Below the pieces are notes generated by a model. It saw nothing but the letters and a program-made list of their open reading frames with translations. It was not told where the DNA came from and ran no database searches. DNA of 64,000 bases, from assembly GCF_018350175.1 (NCBI RefSeq), contig NC_058368.1:197596001-197660000 (forward strand), written 5' to 3'. Origin of the DNA: Felis catus. Lineage: Eukaryota. Positions 1-11,810 of this stretch are shown one piece after another (the first letter of the stretch is position 1; each line of letters begins with the position of its first letter). The translations under genes and the position numbers were made by a program.

Positions 1-258
1 TTTATAGCACTGTGTTGAATACAAATCCCATCCTCAATCCTAGGCATATTCAATATACGCTTCGGGCCATGTTTTCTTTTTACTCTGTGTCAATAAAAGG
101 GCTATGGAATTTGTTATTAGGTAGCATTTAGAGAAAGATGGCTTGGAAATACAGTAATTCTTGTAAAATCTGCAGGCCAGTCTAGCACAGAGAGCCTTTG
201 TGTGGATAACAAAATGGCGCCCGCTCCAAGTAGACCAAGAGCAAGAAGGTGCTTTCTA

Positions 259-411
259 GGGGCTCCTGGGTGGCTCAGTTGGTTAAGCGCCTGACTCTAG
301 ATTTCGGCTCGCAGCATGATCTCACAGTTTGTGAGTTTAAGTCCCGCATCGGGGTCTGCACGGACAGTCCGCACGGGATTCTCTCTCCTTCTCTTTCTGC
401 CCCTCCTGCCG

Positions 412-449
<38 letters not shown>

Positions 450-497
450 TGTATCTCTCTCTTAAAGCAAATAAATAAACTTAAAAAAAAAAAAAAA
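259..497 (+). mobile_element. Can-SINE (SINEC)
   Basis: GGGGCTCCTGGGTGGCTCAG head, (CT)n, A-tail; 17-bp TSD CAAGAAGGTGCTTTCTA (242-258/498-514). Confidence 0.97.
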
Positions 498-755
498 CAA
501 GAAGGTGCTTTCTATGGTCTAATTCAGTGCTTTACTGAGGCCCATCAATGGCCTTGGCACAACCTGTTGGCTGGGGTCCCCTGGTGCAGACACACACTAT
601 ATATTCCCAGTACATTCTAGTCTGCCTTAACTCTGGGTGGCAACCCGACAGCCTACAAATCCTAGGTTGTCTGAATTGAGGGGAATAAGGACAAAAGAAT
701 CATATTCGTTGTTTTAGTCAGCATTTTGGGGTCACCTCCTTTGAGCAGAGATTCC

Positions 756-963
756 TTTTTTGTTTTTAGGGTTTTTTTAATGTTCACTTAATTTTGAGAG
801 AGAGAGAGAGAGAGAGAGAGTGAGTGGAGGAGGCCAGAGAGCGAGGGAGACACAGAATCCGAAGCAGGCTCCAGGCACAGAGCCCGACGCGGGGCTTGAA
901 CTCGTGAGATCGTGCCCTGAGCCAAAGTCAGAGGCTCAACCGACTGAGCCACCCAGGCGCCCC
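756..963 (-). mobile_element. Can-SINE
   Basis: T-tail, (GA)n, ends CCACCCAGGCGCCCC; TSD TGAGCAGAGATTC. Confidence 0.96.
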
Positions 964-1429
964 TGAGCAGAGATTCTTAAAGAAGGGCCTTAATGAGGAT
1001 TTACTGAAGAGACATTTTAAAATTTGAGGGCATAATTCACAACCCAGGCAGTTCCTATTTAGGACGTCTGCGGTCAGGGCTAGTCATGTGCGTCGTGAAC
1101 ATGCTCCCTGGGGTATTCTGATGCTCGGTCCTGACTTTATTAACTACTTCACTGACCTGCCTGTTGGGCTCCCTGGACACCTCTCTCTCCTTTTCTCGTT
1201 GAGGTTAGTGGGCTCCTTGAAATGTGGCCAGAAATAGCTTTGTGAGAAACCTCTACTCCCCACTTAGGGCTTTGTTACTCGGTTGTTTCTTCCTCCTCTG
1301 AATTCTTCCAGCACTTTCTCTGGCTCACGCAACACTTATCGCCATGTTCTGTATCAGAGTTATTTATGAACACGTCTTATCTCCCAACACACAAGCCCCC
1401 AAAAGGCTGAGACTCTGAGACACCCAGAG

Positions 1430-1817
1430 GTCACTCTCCGGAGCCCTCGGATTGCATCCCATCTGTAGATCTGTTTTACTTGGCCCTCAGAGTATTTAAA
1501 ACTTTTTTGATTCCCTTGGCAGCTTTTAAAATTCAAGAGGTATTCCTCCCACCCCGTACTGTCCCCCTAAATAGAATGACCACTGCGCAGTGATTTTTTT
1601 TTTTTTTGGTTGAAACATCTGAAGTCCTGTCAACACGGGCCGCACATTCCTGCATTGCCACTGTTGACTACAGCTGATAGCAGTTTCTGTTTGGGAATGC
1701 AGACTGTGTTCTCCAGTTCACCACAGTCCCCACCATGCCCGACTGGCCTCCGCTGGGCTGCTTCTCTCTTTAACATATCTCTCCTGGCACCTGTTAGCCC
1801 TTGAATGGGTAACCCCG
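1430..1817 (-). mobile_element. MER102-like hAT-Charlie fossil
   Basis: CTCCAGTTCACCACAGTCCCCACCA and GGGCCGCACATTCCTGCATTGCCA resemble the reverse complement of the MER102 consensus. Confidence 0.7.
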
Positions 1818-2379
1818 TTAAGCACCTTCGATTTCTACTCCGCACATGCCTTTTTATAGGTGCTTCATAAATATCTGTCACATGGCAAAAATGAAAAGCT
1901 AAAACTGCACCAGGAGATGGGTACTTAAGTAGGCTTCTTCCTCTAAGCTGCCAGATATGAGTTCATAAGACAAACAAAAAAGAGTCTATTAGACTTTGTA
2001 TTGCGGTTTTCCCTAGTCAAGAATTATGAGCTAGTTCCTCATTTTCAGGAGCTTTATCCAAATCTCTTTATTTGTCAGCTGCCAAGTAGCTAAGCCATCC
2101 TCCCCAAGCTGGAGGAAATGCCACTAAACATGGGGATTTCAGCGAGCGGGCCATCCTTACCCGGTCTGTCTCCGAGTTTTTGTGTGGTAACCTGCTCTTC
2201 AGCAGGGCTTTCAAAGTTGGCTTCGTGTAACTCTCCACTGGAAAGCCCCTTGGGAGGAGAAGTTCTTGTCCAGGAATATCCCTTTTTAGGGCTGCCAGGA
2301 TCATTATCACATTTTTGTAGGGGATATAAATGGAATAGTGCTTTTAGCACTGATTTTTAAAATGCAATCTCAACTCCGC

Positions 2380-2710
2380 AGTTTCCTAATTCAATCCTCT
2401 CAGTGTCCTCTGTCCCCACATCCTGAAGTACAGGATGTGAACTGCTTGAGAACATTTTCGGAGGTTATGTAAGACATTTGAAAATTTTATTGGTTTTGTA
2501 TTTATTTTTCTGGTTACCTGCTCTTCATGGCAAAGGATCTCGGTTTTTTCTATATTTAGTAAGAGCCATCGTATTGTTCTCCTTAAAAATTGTTAAGGTA
2601 AAAAATTAAGTGTATTGAAAGAAAAATGAGGAAAGAATAGTTCTGACAGAATGAGGCTGTGGAAGAAATGGTGAGGTTGCTATGGGTATGACACTTGTTT
2701 GGGAAAGATT
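2380..2710 (+). mobile_element. MER113-like hAT fossil
   Basis: Degraded similarity ending GTTTGGGAAAGATTG (consensus end GTTTGGGAAACACTG). Confidence 0.5.
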
Positions 2711-2782
2711 GAGTTTTCGGATAAAGTCTGAGGTCTTCTGCAAACTCGATGCTGCCCTTCTCTTTGGTCTCAGCTCCCACCA

Positions 2783-3022
2783 TTTTCTTTCTTTCTTTTT
2801 TTAAGTTTATTTATTTATTTTGAGGGAGAGAGAGAGAGAATGTGCTGGGGAGGGGCAGAGAGCGAGGGAGAGAGAGAATCCCAAGCAGGCTTTCTGCTGT
2901 CAGCGTAGAGCCCGACTCGGGGCTCAGTCTCACCAACCGTGAGATCATGATCTCAACCAAGATCATGATCTGAGCCAAGATCAAGAGTTGGACGCTTAAC
3001 TGACTGAGCCACCCAAGGCCCC
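2783..3022 (-). mobile_element. Can-SINE
   Basis: SINE body with internal duplication of CCAAGATCATGATCT; followed by a poly-C run. Confidence 0.95.
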
Positions 3023-3572
3023 CCCCCCCCCCCACCGCCACCGTTTTCCTTCCTCCTTTCCCAATGTACATCCTAACACAACAGCACTTTCTACTGGTTC
3101 TTAAATATACCTGGAGGTTTCCCCACCTGTCACAAATAATTTCACAGGGGCTGAGTCTTCTTCCTGAAGAGCATTTCATTGCTCTCTCTGCTGGAAGGAC
3201 CCCCTGGCCCCTACTCCTCACACTGTGTCCGCAGTGACCAGCAGAGTGACGGGCAGTCTGTAGATATATGATGAATGAGTGAATACTCTTCCTGCCTTGG
3301 TACCTTGGTGAATTCCTTCTCATCCTTCAAAGTCCATCCAACCCATGAGCTATGCCTCTAAGGACTTACTGTACCCCCCTCAACTAAGACGGGGTTGTTG
3401 TTCGCACCTCTGGGTCCGCAAAACATCATCCACACACCACCATTCTAGTATCCAATACATTGTATTGTAACTGGGGTAAAGGTCTGTTGATCCCCAAAGA
3501 GCGTGAGCTTCTTAGATACTCAACTTCCCCTGCCACCACCCATCTAGCATTCCTCCTCTGTTTCCTTTCTAA

Positions 3573-3763
3573 ATTTTTTAAAGTTTTTATTTATTTATTT
3601 TGAGAGAGCATGAGCAGGGGAGGAGCAGAGAGAGACGGAGAGAGAGAGACTCCCAAGCAGGCTCCGCACTGTCAGTGCAGAGCCCGATGTGAGGTTTGAA
3701 CTCGTGAACCTGAGTCGAAACCGAGAGTCGGATGCTTAACCGACTGAGCCACCCAGGTGCCCC
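3573..3763 (-). mobile_element. Can-SINE
   Basis: T-tail ... CCACCCAGGTGCCCC; small internal deletion. Confidence 0.95.
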
Positions 3764-4063
3764 TCCCCCTCTAACCATGATGCTACTCACACCCAGGGAC
3801 ACTGTCTCCTTCTAATGACATTATTTGTCCAGAGCTGACTGGAGTGGGGAGTCAGGAGGGATAGCAAAGACAATGAAAAAAATGTTATTGCTATTTGTGG
3901 AATGTTCAAGCTAAGTATGCATGGCTTGTAGACGTGCCCATAAACTATCTTAATAAAAGATGTTATTTCTCCAGAGAACTGTTTGATTTTAAGGTAAATC
4001 CTCCCACTTGAAAATCTCCAAAACGATGCTTCCATTTGCAGGAAAAAAGAAGGAGGAAAAGAA

Positions 4064-4098
4064 CTTCGCCATCTGGTGGCAGAAATCTTGAACTGCAG
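4064..4098 (-). promoter_or_regulatory. Candidate CTCF site with upstream (ZF9-11) motif
   Basis: Minus strand reads CTGCAGTTCAAGATTTCTGCCACCAGATGGCGAAG: core CCACCAGATGGCG plus TGCAG 13 nt upstream. Confidence 0.7.
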
Positions 4099-4689
4099 AC
4101 CTATTTATTATTCGTTTATTCTTTCTACCTCTCAGCAGCCAGTTACTGACCACCCTACATGCCAACAGTTGACCCGGACAAGTCTCTGTCGTCATTTCTC
4201 CCTTCATGTGTTGATCATTTTCTATGGGTGAATCATATTGTTTGGAGCTTTGGTGTCAACAGTTTTAGGCAAACAGATCCACAGGGAGGCCAGGTTTCTT
4301 GGGACCAAGGTCAAACACCAGCATCTCTGGGCCTCATACAAGTTGCTTTTCCTGCCCGAGCAGTAGCGATTTACGTGCGATCACTTTTCGGATGTGTCCA
4401 GACTTTCGGTGGATTTTGATTCTCTGCTTTTATTCGCAAGGAAGGACATCTCCAAATCTCTCCAATACTTCCAATGTGGTCCTTCTTTTCAGCAGAAGCA
4501 TTTGTGGCTGCACGGTCATCAAAGGAGATAATACACTGCTTGACCACCCCTAGACTAAGGGTCATTTATTTCATCGGGTTCCTAGCCTTCAGAAAATCCC
4601 TTTGCTTAAATCCCCTCCCCACTTGGTTATTTCCCCTTCCCTCCTTGCAAGGGGAAAGAGAAAGTTCTTACAAAGACGTTGACTAGTTC

Positions 4690-5110
4690 TCCCTCCTATT
4701 TACTGAACAGATACTTAACGGACCCTTCCTAAGTGCTATGACCGCTGCTGCCCACAGGACATACACGGAGGATGCCACACGCATGCCCCTGACGGAGTTG
4801 GCAGTGTGGCCATTATTAAAGGTCGGTGATGTTGTAGAAGCATGTAGAAGGAGCGCTGGGTCCACTGTGGAGGCGGGTGTGCCCTGGAAAAAGAAACATT
4901 GAAGCATAAGCCTCAGGATAAACCCGAGTTAGCCAAGGAGGGAGAAATCCGCACAAATGCAATTCAAGAAAATTGTTGCAGGTGGAGAGAAAAATTCAGT
5001 AGGGCCCGTGGGCTCTTGGAGAAGCACCCAGACTTCACTCTGCAGGTGATAGGGAGCAAGGACAGCTTATGAGCAGGGGGGTGTATGTATGTTCCTATCT
5101 ACGTGTTTGG
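4690..5110 (-). mobile_element. L2 fragment
   Basis: Degraded L2 3' end (ATTTACTGAACAGATACTTAAC...) and purine-rich L2 body. Confidence 0.55.
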
Positions 5111-6699
5111 AGTATCCCACCAAGAGACCCATGTTAAGAGGTCTGGCTGAGAGCTAAGGCTGCTGGCTCCTCTGGACCTGTCCTAGTTCAGTTTTCTAGG
5201 GAACAATTTTGCAGGGCAGCAGTCCAGGAGAGGCCTCGCTGGCATCCCGAAGGCACAGCGCTGACGACGGTGGTCCCACCCCCCTCACTGTTCTTGTTTT
5301 GCCCTTTAAATTCTTGTTGTTCTGTCTTGGCTTTCCCAGGAGTGCTCGCTGTTTTCTGTGTAGTTCCCTCCACGCTTTCCGCGTAATCCAGGCATCTGCC
5401 TGGAGCTGCTGTGGCTTTGCGATTGCTTGGAGAGCCACGGCAACGGGGTCATGAACTCCCCACCCACCCCGGGGAGTCCTTGTATCAAAAAGTTAGCTCC
5501 ACGCCTAGTTGGAAATAGTCGATACAAAGCAAAAAGTCAACAAACGTTTCCCTGGAGTCTTGGCACCGGAAGATCTTTCTCTTTCTCCTTTTGCTCAATT
5601 CCCAGCTGCTCTGCAGCCTGAACTTCTGCCTACCCATCTCCAACGCCCCGTGGCAGCTCCCATCTGGGCTACAGCAGTGCCTGTCGAGGCAGGTTGTGAT
5701 CCAAGCCCCTACGCCTTCCAGAAGCCCTTCCCCTCTCTGACGACGGGCCGGTGTCCTCCGTAAGCGGACCGGTTCGGGTGCCCGACACACCTAGATTCTG
5801 GTTTGAGCTGTTATAGTTGCTGGCTGTGCGGTCTCCAGGAACTTCTCCCACCCCCTTGGACCCGGGTTGCCTTTTCTGTGAAGTGGGACTGGGAATCTCT
5901 GTTCTGCCTACCTTCTAGGGTTATTTTGAAGAGGAGAAAAAGACGCTACACATTCATCGCATCATTTACGAAACGGAGATTGATCATTCAGCCGTGTGCC
6001 AGCCGCTGGAGATGAAAGGCCGTCGTTCAACTGTAACGTGTTATACAAATAGGACGCTCTCCTCCGATGCGGAAAATTCACGACCCGCTGGGTCAGACTG
6101 GGTGTGTTTGCTCTGCTTCCCTCACCTGTCTTCTCTCCCGGTTAAGAGTGACCGCTAGCTACCCGAGTACTGCCCGCTCACAAACATTCAGGGCAAAGCT
6201 AGCTCTAGTAAGAGAACTTCGTAAATGGAAAACATCAGCTGGCATTAGAAAGATCTACGGTGACGAAACCTCTGTGTGTTTGGAAGCCTCACTAATCTTG
6301 CACCAGAAGGCCGTCCGTGAGGGGATGGTCAGTGACATTTTTCCTATTTGCTGCAGCATTGACAAGCAGGGCCCCAGACCGAGGACAAAGAGGAGGTAGG
6401 CCTGCATTCTGGTAGAGAGGTTTCAACAGCTCTTCTCCCACAAATCGCCAGGGCTTACCCAAAGCCAAGCCTGGCCCTGCCATCATGGGCTTCTCAGGTC
6501 CTCCTCCCTCCTGTCTGATCTCCAAGATCGGCAGACTCAGAATGGGGGGGCGGGGGGAGAGTCATCATGGGGTCCTCCTCGTGGGGAGTGAGGTGCTCAT
6601 GGGCAGACCTGTGAGAGTTAGGCTCCCAGTGAGAAATGGACGGGACCCTCAACTGAGAATAATCTAGGGAAGATTTGTTTACAAAGAGGAACCGCAAAG

Positions 6700-7159
6700 G
6701 ATCACGTGGTCGCTCAGGGGTAGTGCCGCCGTTACCCACTTCTAGGCCCACAGAGATGAGGGGAGGGAGCTGAAACCAGAAACCGGAAAGGGAAGAGCCA
6801 TCTTCAGACCAATTAGAAATTGCGTCAGCGGGTTGGGCAAGATGCAGGGGGCGGGGCGAGGGCACGGCAGGGGTGGGCGGTGTTTGCAATACAGAAGTGG
6901 CGGGAGAGTCGGAGAGAAAGATGAAACTACGAGAGCTATTTAAAGGCCAACTTCACGAGGTTTGCAAATGGAACAGACTCTGAAGGCAGAGGGAGACGAA
7001 GGAAGGGCAACTTCTAGGTTTCAGCTTTGGGCAACTGGGGCGTGGTGCCATTAACTTTGGAAACACAGGAGAGGGGAGGGAGGGCTGTGGGATCCAACCA
7101 AGTTGAGAGGCCTCTCCTGGTCAGTTGAATATGGTATCTGGGGCTCAGCAGTTAGAAAT
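6700..7159 (-). mobile_element. L2 fragment
   Basis: GGTTTCAGCTTTGGGCAACTGGGGCGTGGTGCCATT and CAGTTGAATATGGTATCTGGGGCTCAG match antisense L2. Confidence 0.65.
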
Positions 7160-7348
7160 CAGTTCTCTCCCTCCCCAGCAACCTCTTCCCAGGGGACAGC
7201 ACCCTGACTTCTATTGTGGGTGCACCTGTTTTCTATTATGAAATCCTAATGTTTTCGGTGGGATTGAGCCTTCTCCCAGCTTCCCAGATAGGTTTATACT
7301 GGCCGAATCCAGTTGGTACATGCCATATCTCTGGCCACAACGATGGAT
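7158..7348 (+). repeat. Left arm of about 190-bp inverted duplication (partner 8105-8294), MLT1-derived
   Basis: Aligns by eye to the reverse complement of 8105-8294 at about 83%. Confidence 0.92.
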
Positions 7349-7380
7349 GTGATAACTCTAGTTAGAAATGCAGAGTTATA

Positions 7381-7540
7381 GGGGCAGCTGCGTGGCTCAG
7401 TCGGTTGAGTGTCCGACTTCAGCTCAGGACCTCATGGTTTGTGAGTTTGAGCCTCATTGGGCTCACTATTGTTAGCACTATTGTTAGCACGGAGCCCACT
7501 TCAGATCCTCTGCCCCCCTCTCTCTCTGCTCCTCCTCACA
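7381..7540 (+). mobile_element. Can-SINE, 3'-truncated
   Basis: GGGGCAGCTGCGTGGCTCAG head; internal tandem CTATTGTTAGCA x2; no A-tail. Confidence 0.9.
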
Positions 7541-7730
7541 GTACTATGATATCTGATTTTTAGTGGGTGAAGCCGCAAGTCCCTGGCACTTTGAGGTATT
7601 CCCTTTGCCACCACCCTGGAATTATGAGCACTCCTGGAAAAGATGCCATTGTGCTGGCCCATGCTAATTACTGTCCACAAAATAGCCATTTCGCAGTAGA
7701 GGGAACTGGGGTCCAGAGAGGTGAAGTGTA

Positions 7731-8301
7731 GTAGTTAGGATTATTGTTCTTGCAAGTGACCAAAACTTCAGTTTAAACCGTTTTAAACAAACAAAAAGAA
7801 TTAACTGACTCAGATCTAGGGGTGGCTTTTGGCTTCAGGTACAGTTTGATCCAGAGGCTCGGAAAATGTTGTTGAAACACAGTGTCTCTACTTTGCTATT
7901 TGTTCTGCTTTTCCTCATACGTTTGTTGATTTCAATCTCAGACTGGCCTGGTTTCGTGTCGGGGAGATGGCTGCCACAACTCTAAGCCTCACATGCTTAT
8001 GTCTTCAAATCTAGTGAACAGATAACGAACGTTTCTTCCCCAGAAGCCCTATTACAGGCCTGAAGCCTTCCTGTTGGCTCTAACTGCTCCTGTTCTTGGC
8101 CCTGATCCATCACTGTGGCCAGAGATATGGGATGTACCAGTTGGATTAGGCCAGTACAGACATACTCCTGGAGCTGGGAGAAGGGTCAATCCCACTGAAA
8201 TATTAGGATTTCACAATAGAAAAGAGGTGCATCCACAATAGAAAATCAAGGTGCTGTCACCTGAGAAGAGATGCTGGGGAGGGGAAAAACTGATAACCAC
8301 A
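7731..8301 (-). mobile_element. MaLR LTR (MLT1K-like)
   Basis: TTGCAAGTGACCAAAAC, GGCTTCAGGTACAGTTTGATCCAG, GAAAATCAAGGTGCTGT, terminal CCACA. Confidence 0.75.
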
Positions 8302-8493
8302 GGAAGAAGGCACCTGTTTGAGGTCACCCAGCTTTTAAGATCAAAGCTAGATCTCAGGTGTTAACCCCACCTTGCTTTCTTCCAAACTTTATTGTCAGTT
8401 GAGTACTTTGCTTCCATCGATGTTCCCAGAGACTTAAGGGGATCAGAGGCCAGCAAGGGGTTAGTCAGAAAAACAGTGGCGATTAAAACATTA

Positions 8494-8690
8494 GAATGGG
8501 TGATGGGCATTGAGGAGGACACTTGTTGGGATGAGTACTGGGTGTTGTATGTAAGCGATGAATCACGGGAATCTACCCCTGAAACCAAGAGCACACTATA
8601 TACACTGTACTTTAGCTACCTTGGCAATAAAGTATATTAAAAAAATAAAATAAAATAAAATAAAATAAAATAAAATAAAATAAAATAAAA
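8494..8690 (+). mobile_element. 5'-truncated carnivore L1 3' end with (TAAAA)n tail
   Basis: GGGATGAGTACTGGGTGTTGTATGTAAGCGATGAATCAC, AATAAA, patterned A-tail. Confidence 0.9.
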
Positions 8691-9584
8691 CAAAACAGAG
8701 AGGTCACAAGTCCTCCATGATCTTCTTCTGACAGAGCATCACAAATTGGCCAATGTTGGACAACGGAGTAACAGGAGCAAAGCATCACTCCAGGTGGGCA
8801 GGCAGGAAACAGCTGGCTGGGAAAGGTGCCCATGACCCATTGCCCCAGTCCACCCTTGGCCTGGAAGAAGTCAGACCGGAAGTGGCCAGGGAACTTGCAA
8901 GACCTGCAAAGAGCCGGTAAGGACCAGCCCCTTGGTTTCTAAAATTGGCCCCAGTTTATTATTCACTGCTAAGTTATTCCATGCAACTCTGTCACTCTTT
9001 TCTCTCTCCCTTCTCCGTCACACAAAGTTTTGCTGGTTGGGGTATTTTTAGCTCAGTATGGGCCTTTGGGGATCATCAAAATCCAACCCACTTGTTTTGC
9101 AGAAGAAAGAAATGAGCCCGATTGGAAATGAGTTATTAAGGCTACACGTTTCTTATTGGAGCTGATCCCGACCTGGGTCTCCAGGCTTCTAGCCGGGGGA
9201 TCCCACTGTACCAGGTAGTCTCCATCCTTCCCTTCCTGGTCCTGGCAAGGTGCCTGACTGTGCTCTGCCTTATTAAAGAGTCACATGTTCACCCAAGACT
9301 GATGGGAACAGGTAGCTTTTACTTCAGAACATTTGCAGGCCAGTCTTTGAGAACTCAAGAACAGTCCCCTTAGAAAGGTGGTTTTGTGTTATATAGGTTC
9401 TCAGTCTGACCCGTAAAACCCACTGGACATTAGGAGCATGAAATGATTCATTCCTGTGTCTACTTTTGAGGGGTGGACACTGAACTTCACCGTGACACTT
9501 TTTTACAGGAAGGCTTTAGAGACCTCTACCGGATGCTTGTTTGCTTGCAGTCAGCCTGGGGCCCCCTCGATGTCTTTGCTCTTG

Positions 9585-9714
9585 AATGACAGTTCACCAG
9601 GAGCTCACATTCACAGGACCCTGTGCGTACTTTGATGCTCTGCTGTGGCCAGCTTGAAGTTCTTCATAATTTTATCTTTTTCTTACATTTATCTGTTTGT
9701 TATTCAAGAGAAGG

Positions 9715-9750
<36 letters not shown>

Positions 9751-10767
9751 CAGAGACAGAGAGGGAGAATCTCAAGCAGGCTCCATGCTGTCAGTGCAGA
9801 ACCCAACTCAAGGTTCAAACTCACAAACTGCAAGATGATGACCTGAGCCAAAATCAAGAGTCAGATGCCCAACTGACCGAGACATCCAAGTGCCCCAATC
9901 ATTTATCTTCAAACTTTTGTAGGTAAAGCCAACTAGACAAGGCACATGCATGTGAGCAGGGAGATACATGTAACTCGGATGTCCGCTGCTGTTCCTTTTG
10001 GCCTCATTTACGTGAAGCCTTAACGATGCCCCCTGAGGACAGGACTCAGCTGCACCCACGACAAATGCAAGTTAGGTGAGACTCGAAATGAGTACAAGGC
10101 AAGTGTGTGACCTCAACCCCCGAGAAGCTGTGCCCGCGTTCCAATCAGAACTCGCTTTGAATACACAAAGGGGACAATCACATTCTTGACCAAGGATCCC
10201 CGGCATATTCTTTCTTAGTCATATTGCTTCTGTGTAATAGCCAACACTTCGGCTGAAAATTATGACACAGAAGCAAAGGGAAAGGTGAGGCAGCCCACAA
10301 TTCCTTTCCCTGCAGCCCTTCCTCACCTGTCAGTAAGGTGAAGGTAGAGCGTTGCTAGAATGGGCACGTATCAACATGTGAAATAAAACCAGCCGCGCTA
10401 GTGTTTTGCAGCATTTTCGCTGCTCTGGTAAGAAGGAAATCCATGTCCCCGTGTGAGCTACAGGATACAAATCAACTAATTTCGGTGATTCTTCATCGAG
10501 TCACATGCTCTCACGTTTGCCCTTAAGAGCAGCATTGCACAATATAAAGACAACGGGAAAATTCATGCTAATATTACATTAACATTTTTCTGAGATCGAC
10601 ATCAAAGAGCAGCTGTAAAACATCATGACAAGAGGAGAGGAAGGCCGTGGAAGAAAGAGAAAGCTTTATATTTTAGTGTCTTTACTGGCACGGTTTTCAT
10701 CTCTTTGGACGGGGGGGCCCCACATTTTCATTTGGCCTGGGGCCCACAATTTGTGAAGTCGTCCCTG
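9585..10767 (+). mobile_element. MER45B-like hAT-Tip100 element, interrupted by a SINE
   Basis: ATGCTCTGCTGTGGCCAGCTTGAAGTTCTT near the start and GGGGCCCCACATTTTCATTTGGCCTGGGGCCCACAATTTGTGAAGTCGTCCCTG at the end match the MER45 termini. Confidence 0.75.
9676..9896 (-). mobile_element. Can-SINE (older)
   Basis: SINE body with (GA)n; degenerate TSD TTTATCTT. Confidence 0.93.
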
Positions 10768-10910
10768 CCTTTCTGACCTCAGAATTCAGCTTCTTAAATT
10801 CTGTTGCTTCAGCTACATAGCTTGAACACACTTGCCGTCTTGATCTCTCATTAGTGCCTAACCATTTTTCTTCCGCATATTAAGCTGTTGTTTGCATTTA
10901 CTACTTTCTA

Positions 10911-11130
10911 AAACTTTTTTTTAACATTTATTCATTTTTGAGAGACAGAGGGAGACAGAGAGTAAGCAGAGGAGGGACAGAGAGAGACAGACAGACACAG
11001 AATCCGAAGCAGGCTCCAGGCTCCGAGCTGTCAGCACAGAGCCCGGCGTGGGGCTCGAACCCACAAACCATGAGATCGTGACCTGAGCCGAAGTCGGCCG
11101 CTTAACCGACTGAGCCACCCAGGCGTCCCT
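10911..11130 (-). mobile_element. Can-SINE
   Basis: Full body; TSD CATTTACTACTTTCTA / CACTTACTGCTTTCTA. Confidence 0.97.
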
Positions 11131-11159
11131 CACTTACTGCTTTCTAGTTCATAAAGAGC

Positions 11160-11465
11160 TGTATTCGTTTTCTAAGGCTTTCATAACAAAACACCACAGG
11201 CTGGGTGGATAGAACAGCAGAAATGTATTTTCTCCCAGTTTTGGAGGCTGGAAGACAAAGATGGAGGGGTTGGCCGTTGGGGTTTCTTCTGAGGCCTCTC
11301 TCCTTGGCTTGTGAATGGTCACCTTTTGCAAGATGACCTTACGCAGTCTTTCCTGTGTGAGCGCATTCCTGGTGCCGCCGTGTGTCCAAAGTTCCCCTTC
11401 ATCTAAGGACACTAGTCAGATTGGATCAGATCCCATCCCAATGGCCTCATTTTACTTAATCATTT
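11160..11465 (-). mobile_element. MaLR LTR (MLT1B-like)
   Basis: TGTATT start, TGGAGGCTGGAAG, TCTGAGGCCTCTCTCCTTGGCTTG, AAGGACACTAGTCAGATTGGAT. Confidence 0.85.
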
Positions 11466-11569
11466 ATGTGATTCAACAGATGGATGTGGGGGGGACACGG
11501 TTCGGCGCATCCTTTTTCGTTTTCTAATAAATAACCTCGAGGGAGCAGTCAGTACACATATTTTGCCAA

Positions 11570-11700
11570 TCCGTTCACTCATTCATTTGACAAATACTTA
11601 CTGAGTAGTCTCTCGCCAAGCACTGGCTGGCTGACTGCCAGACGTGTGACCTTCAAGAAGACAGGGAGGTACATACCTGCTCTTGTGGCAATTATGGAGG
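11570..11700 (-). mobile_element. L2 3' end
   Basis: TTCACTCATTCATTTGACAAATACTTACTGAG. Confidence 0.65.
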
Positions 11701-11810
11701 GAATAAAGAAATTAAGGAGGGAAGAAAGAAATTCTCAGTCAACAGGTTCAGTCTTCTCAGCGAAGCTGGGTTGGAGATGGAATATTTTTAAAGTAATTTT
11801 TCAGTGTGAT

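Noticed and set aside
249..620. 123-aa ORF and the many similar ORFs containing WVAQSVK...SLSLS or GQRETEHERGRGRE
   Set aside because: These are translations of Can-SINE sequence, not genes.
6690..6945. Promoter-like cluster (E-box, CCAAT, GC box, TATTTAAA) with several CpGs
   Set aside because: It lies within a degraded antisense L2, is not a clear CpG island, and has no supportable downstream exon.
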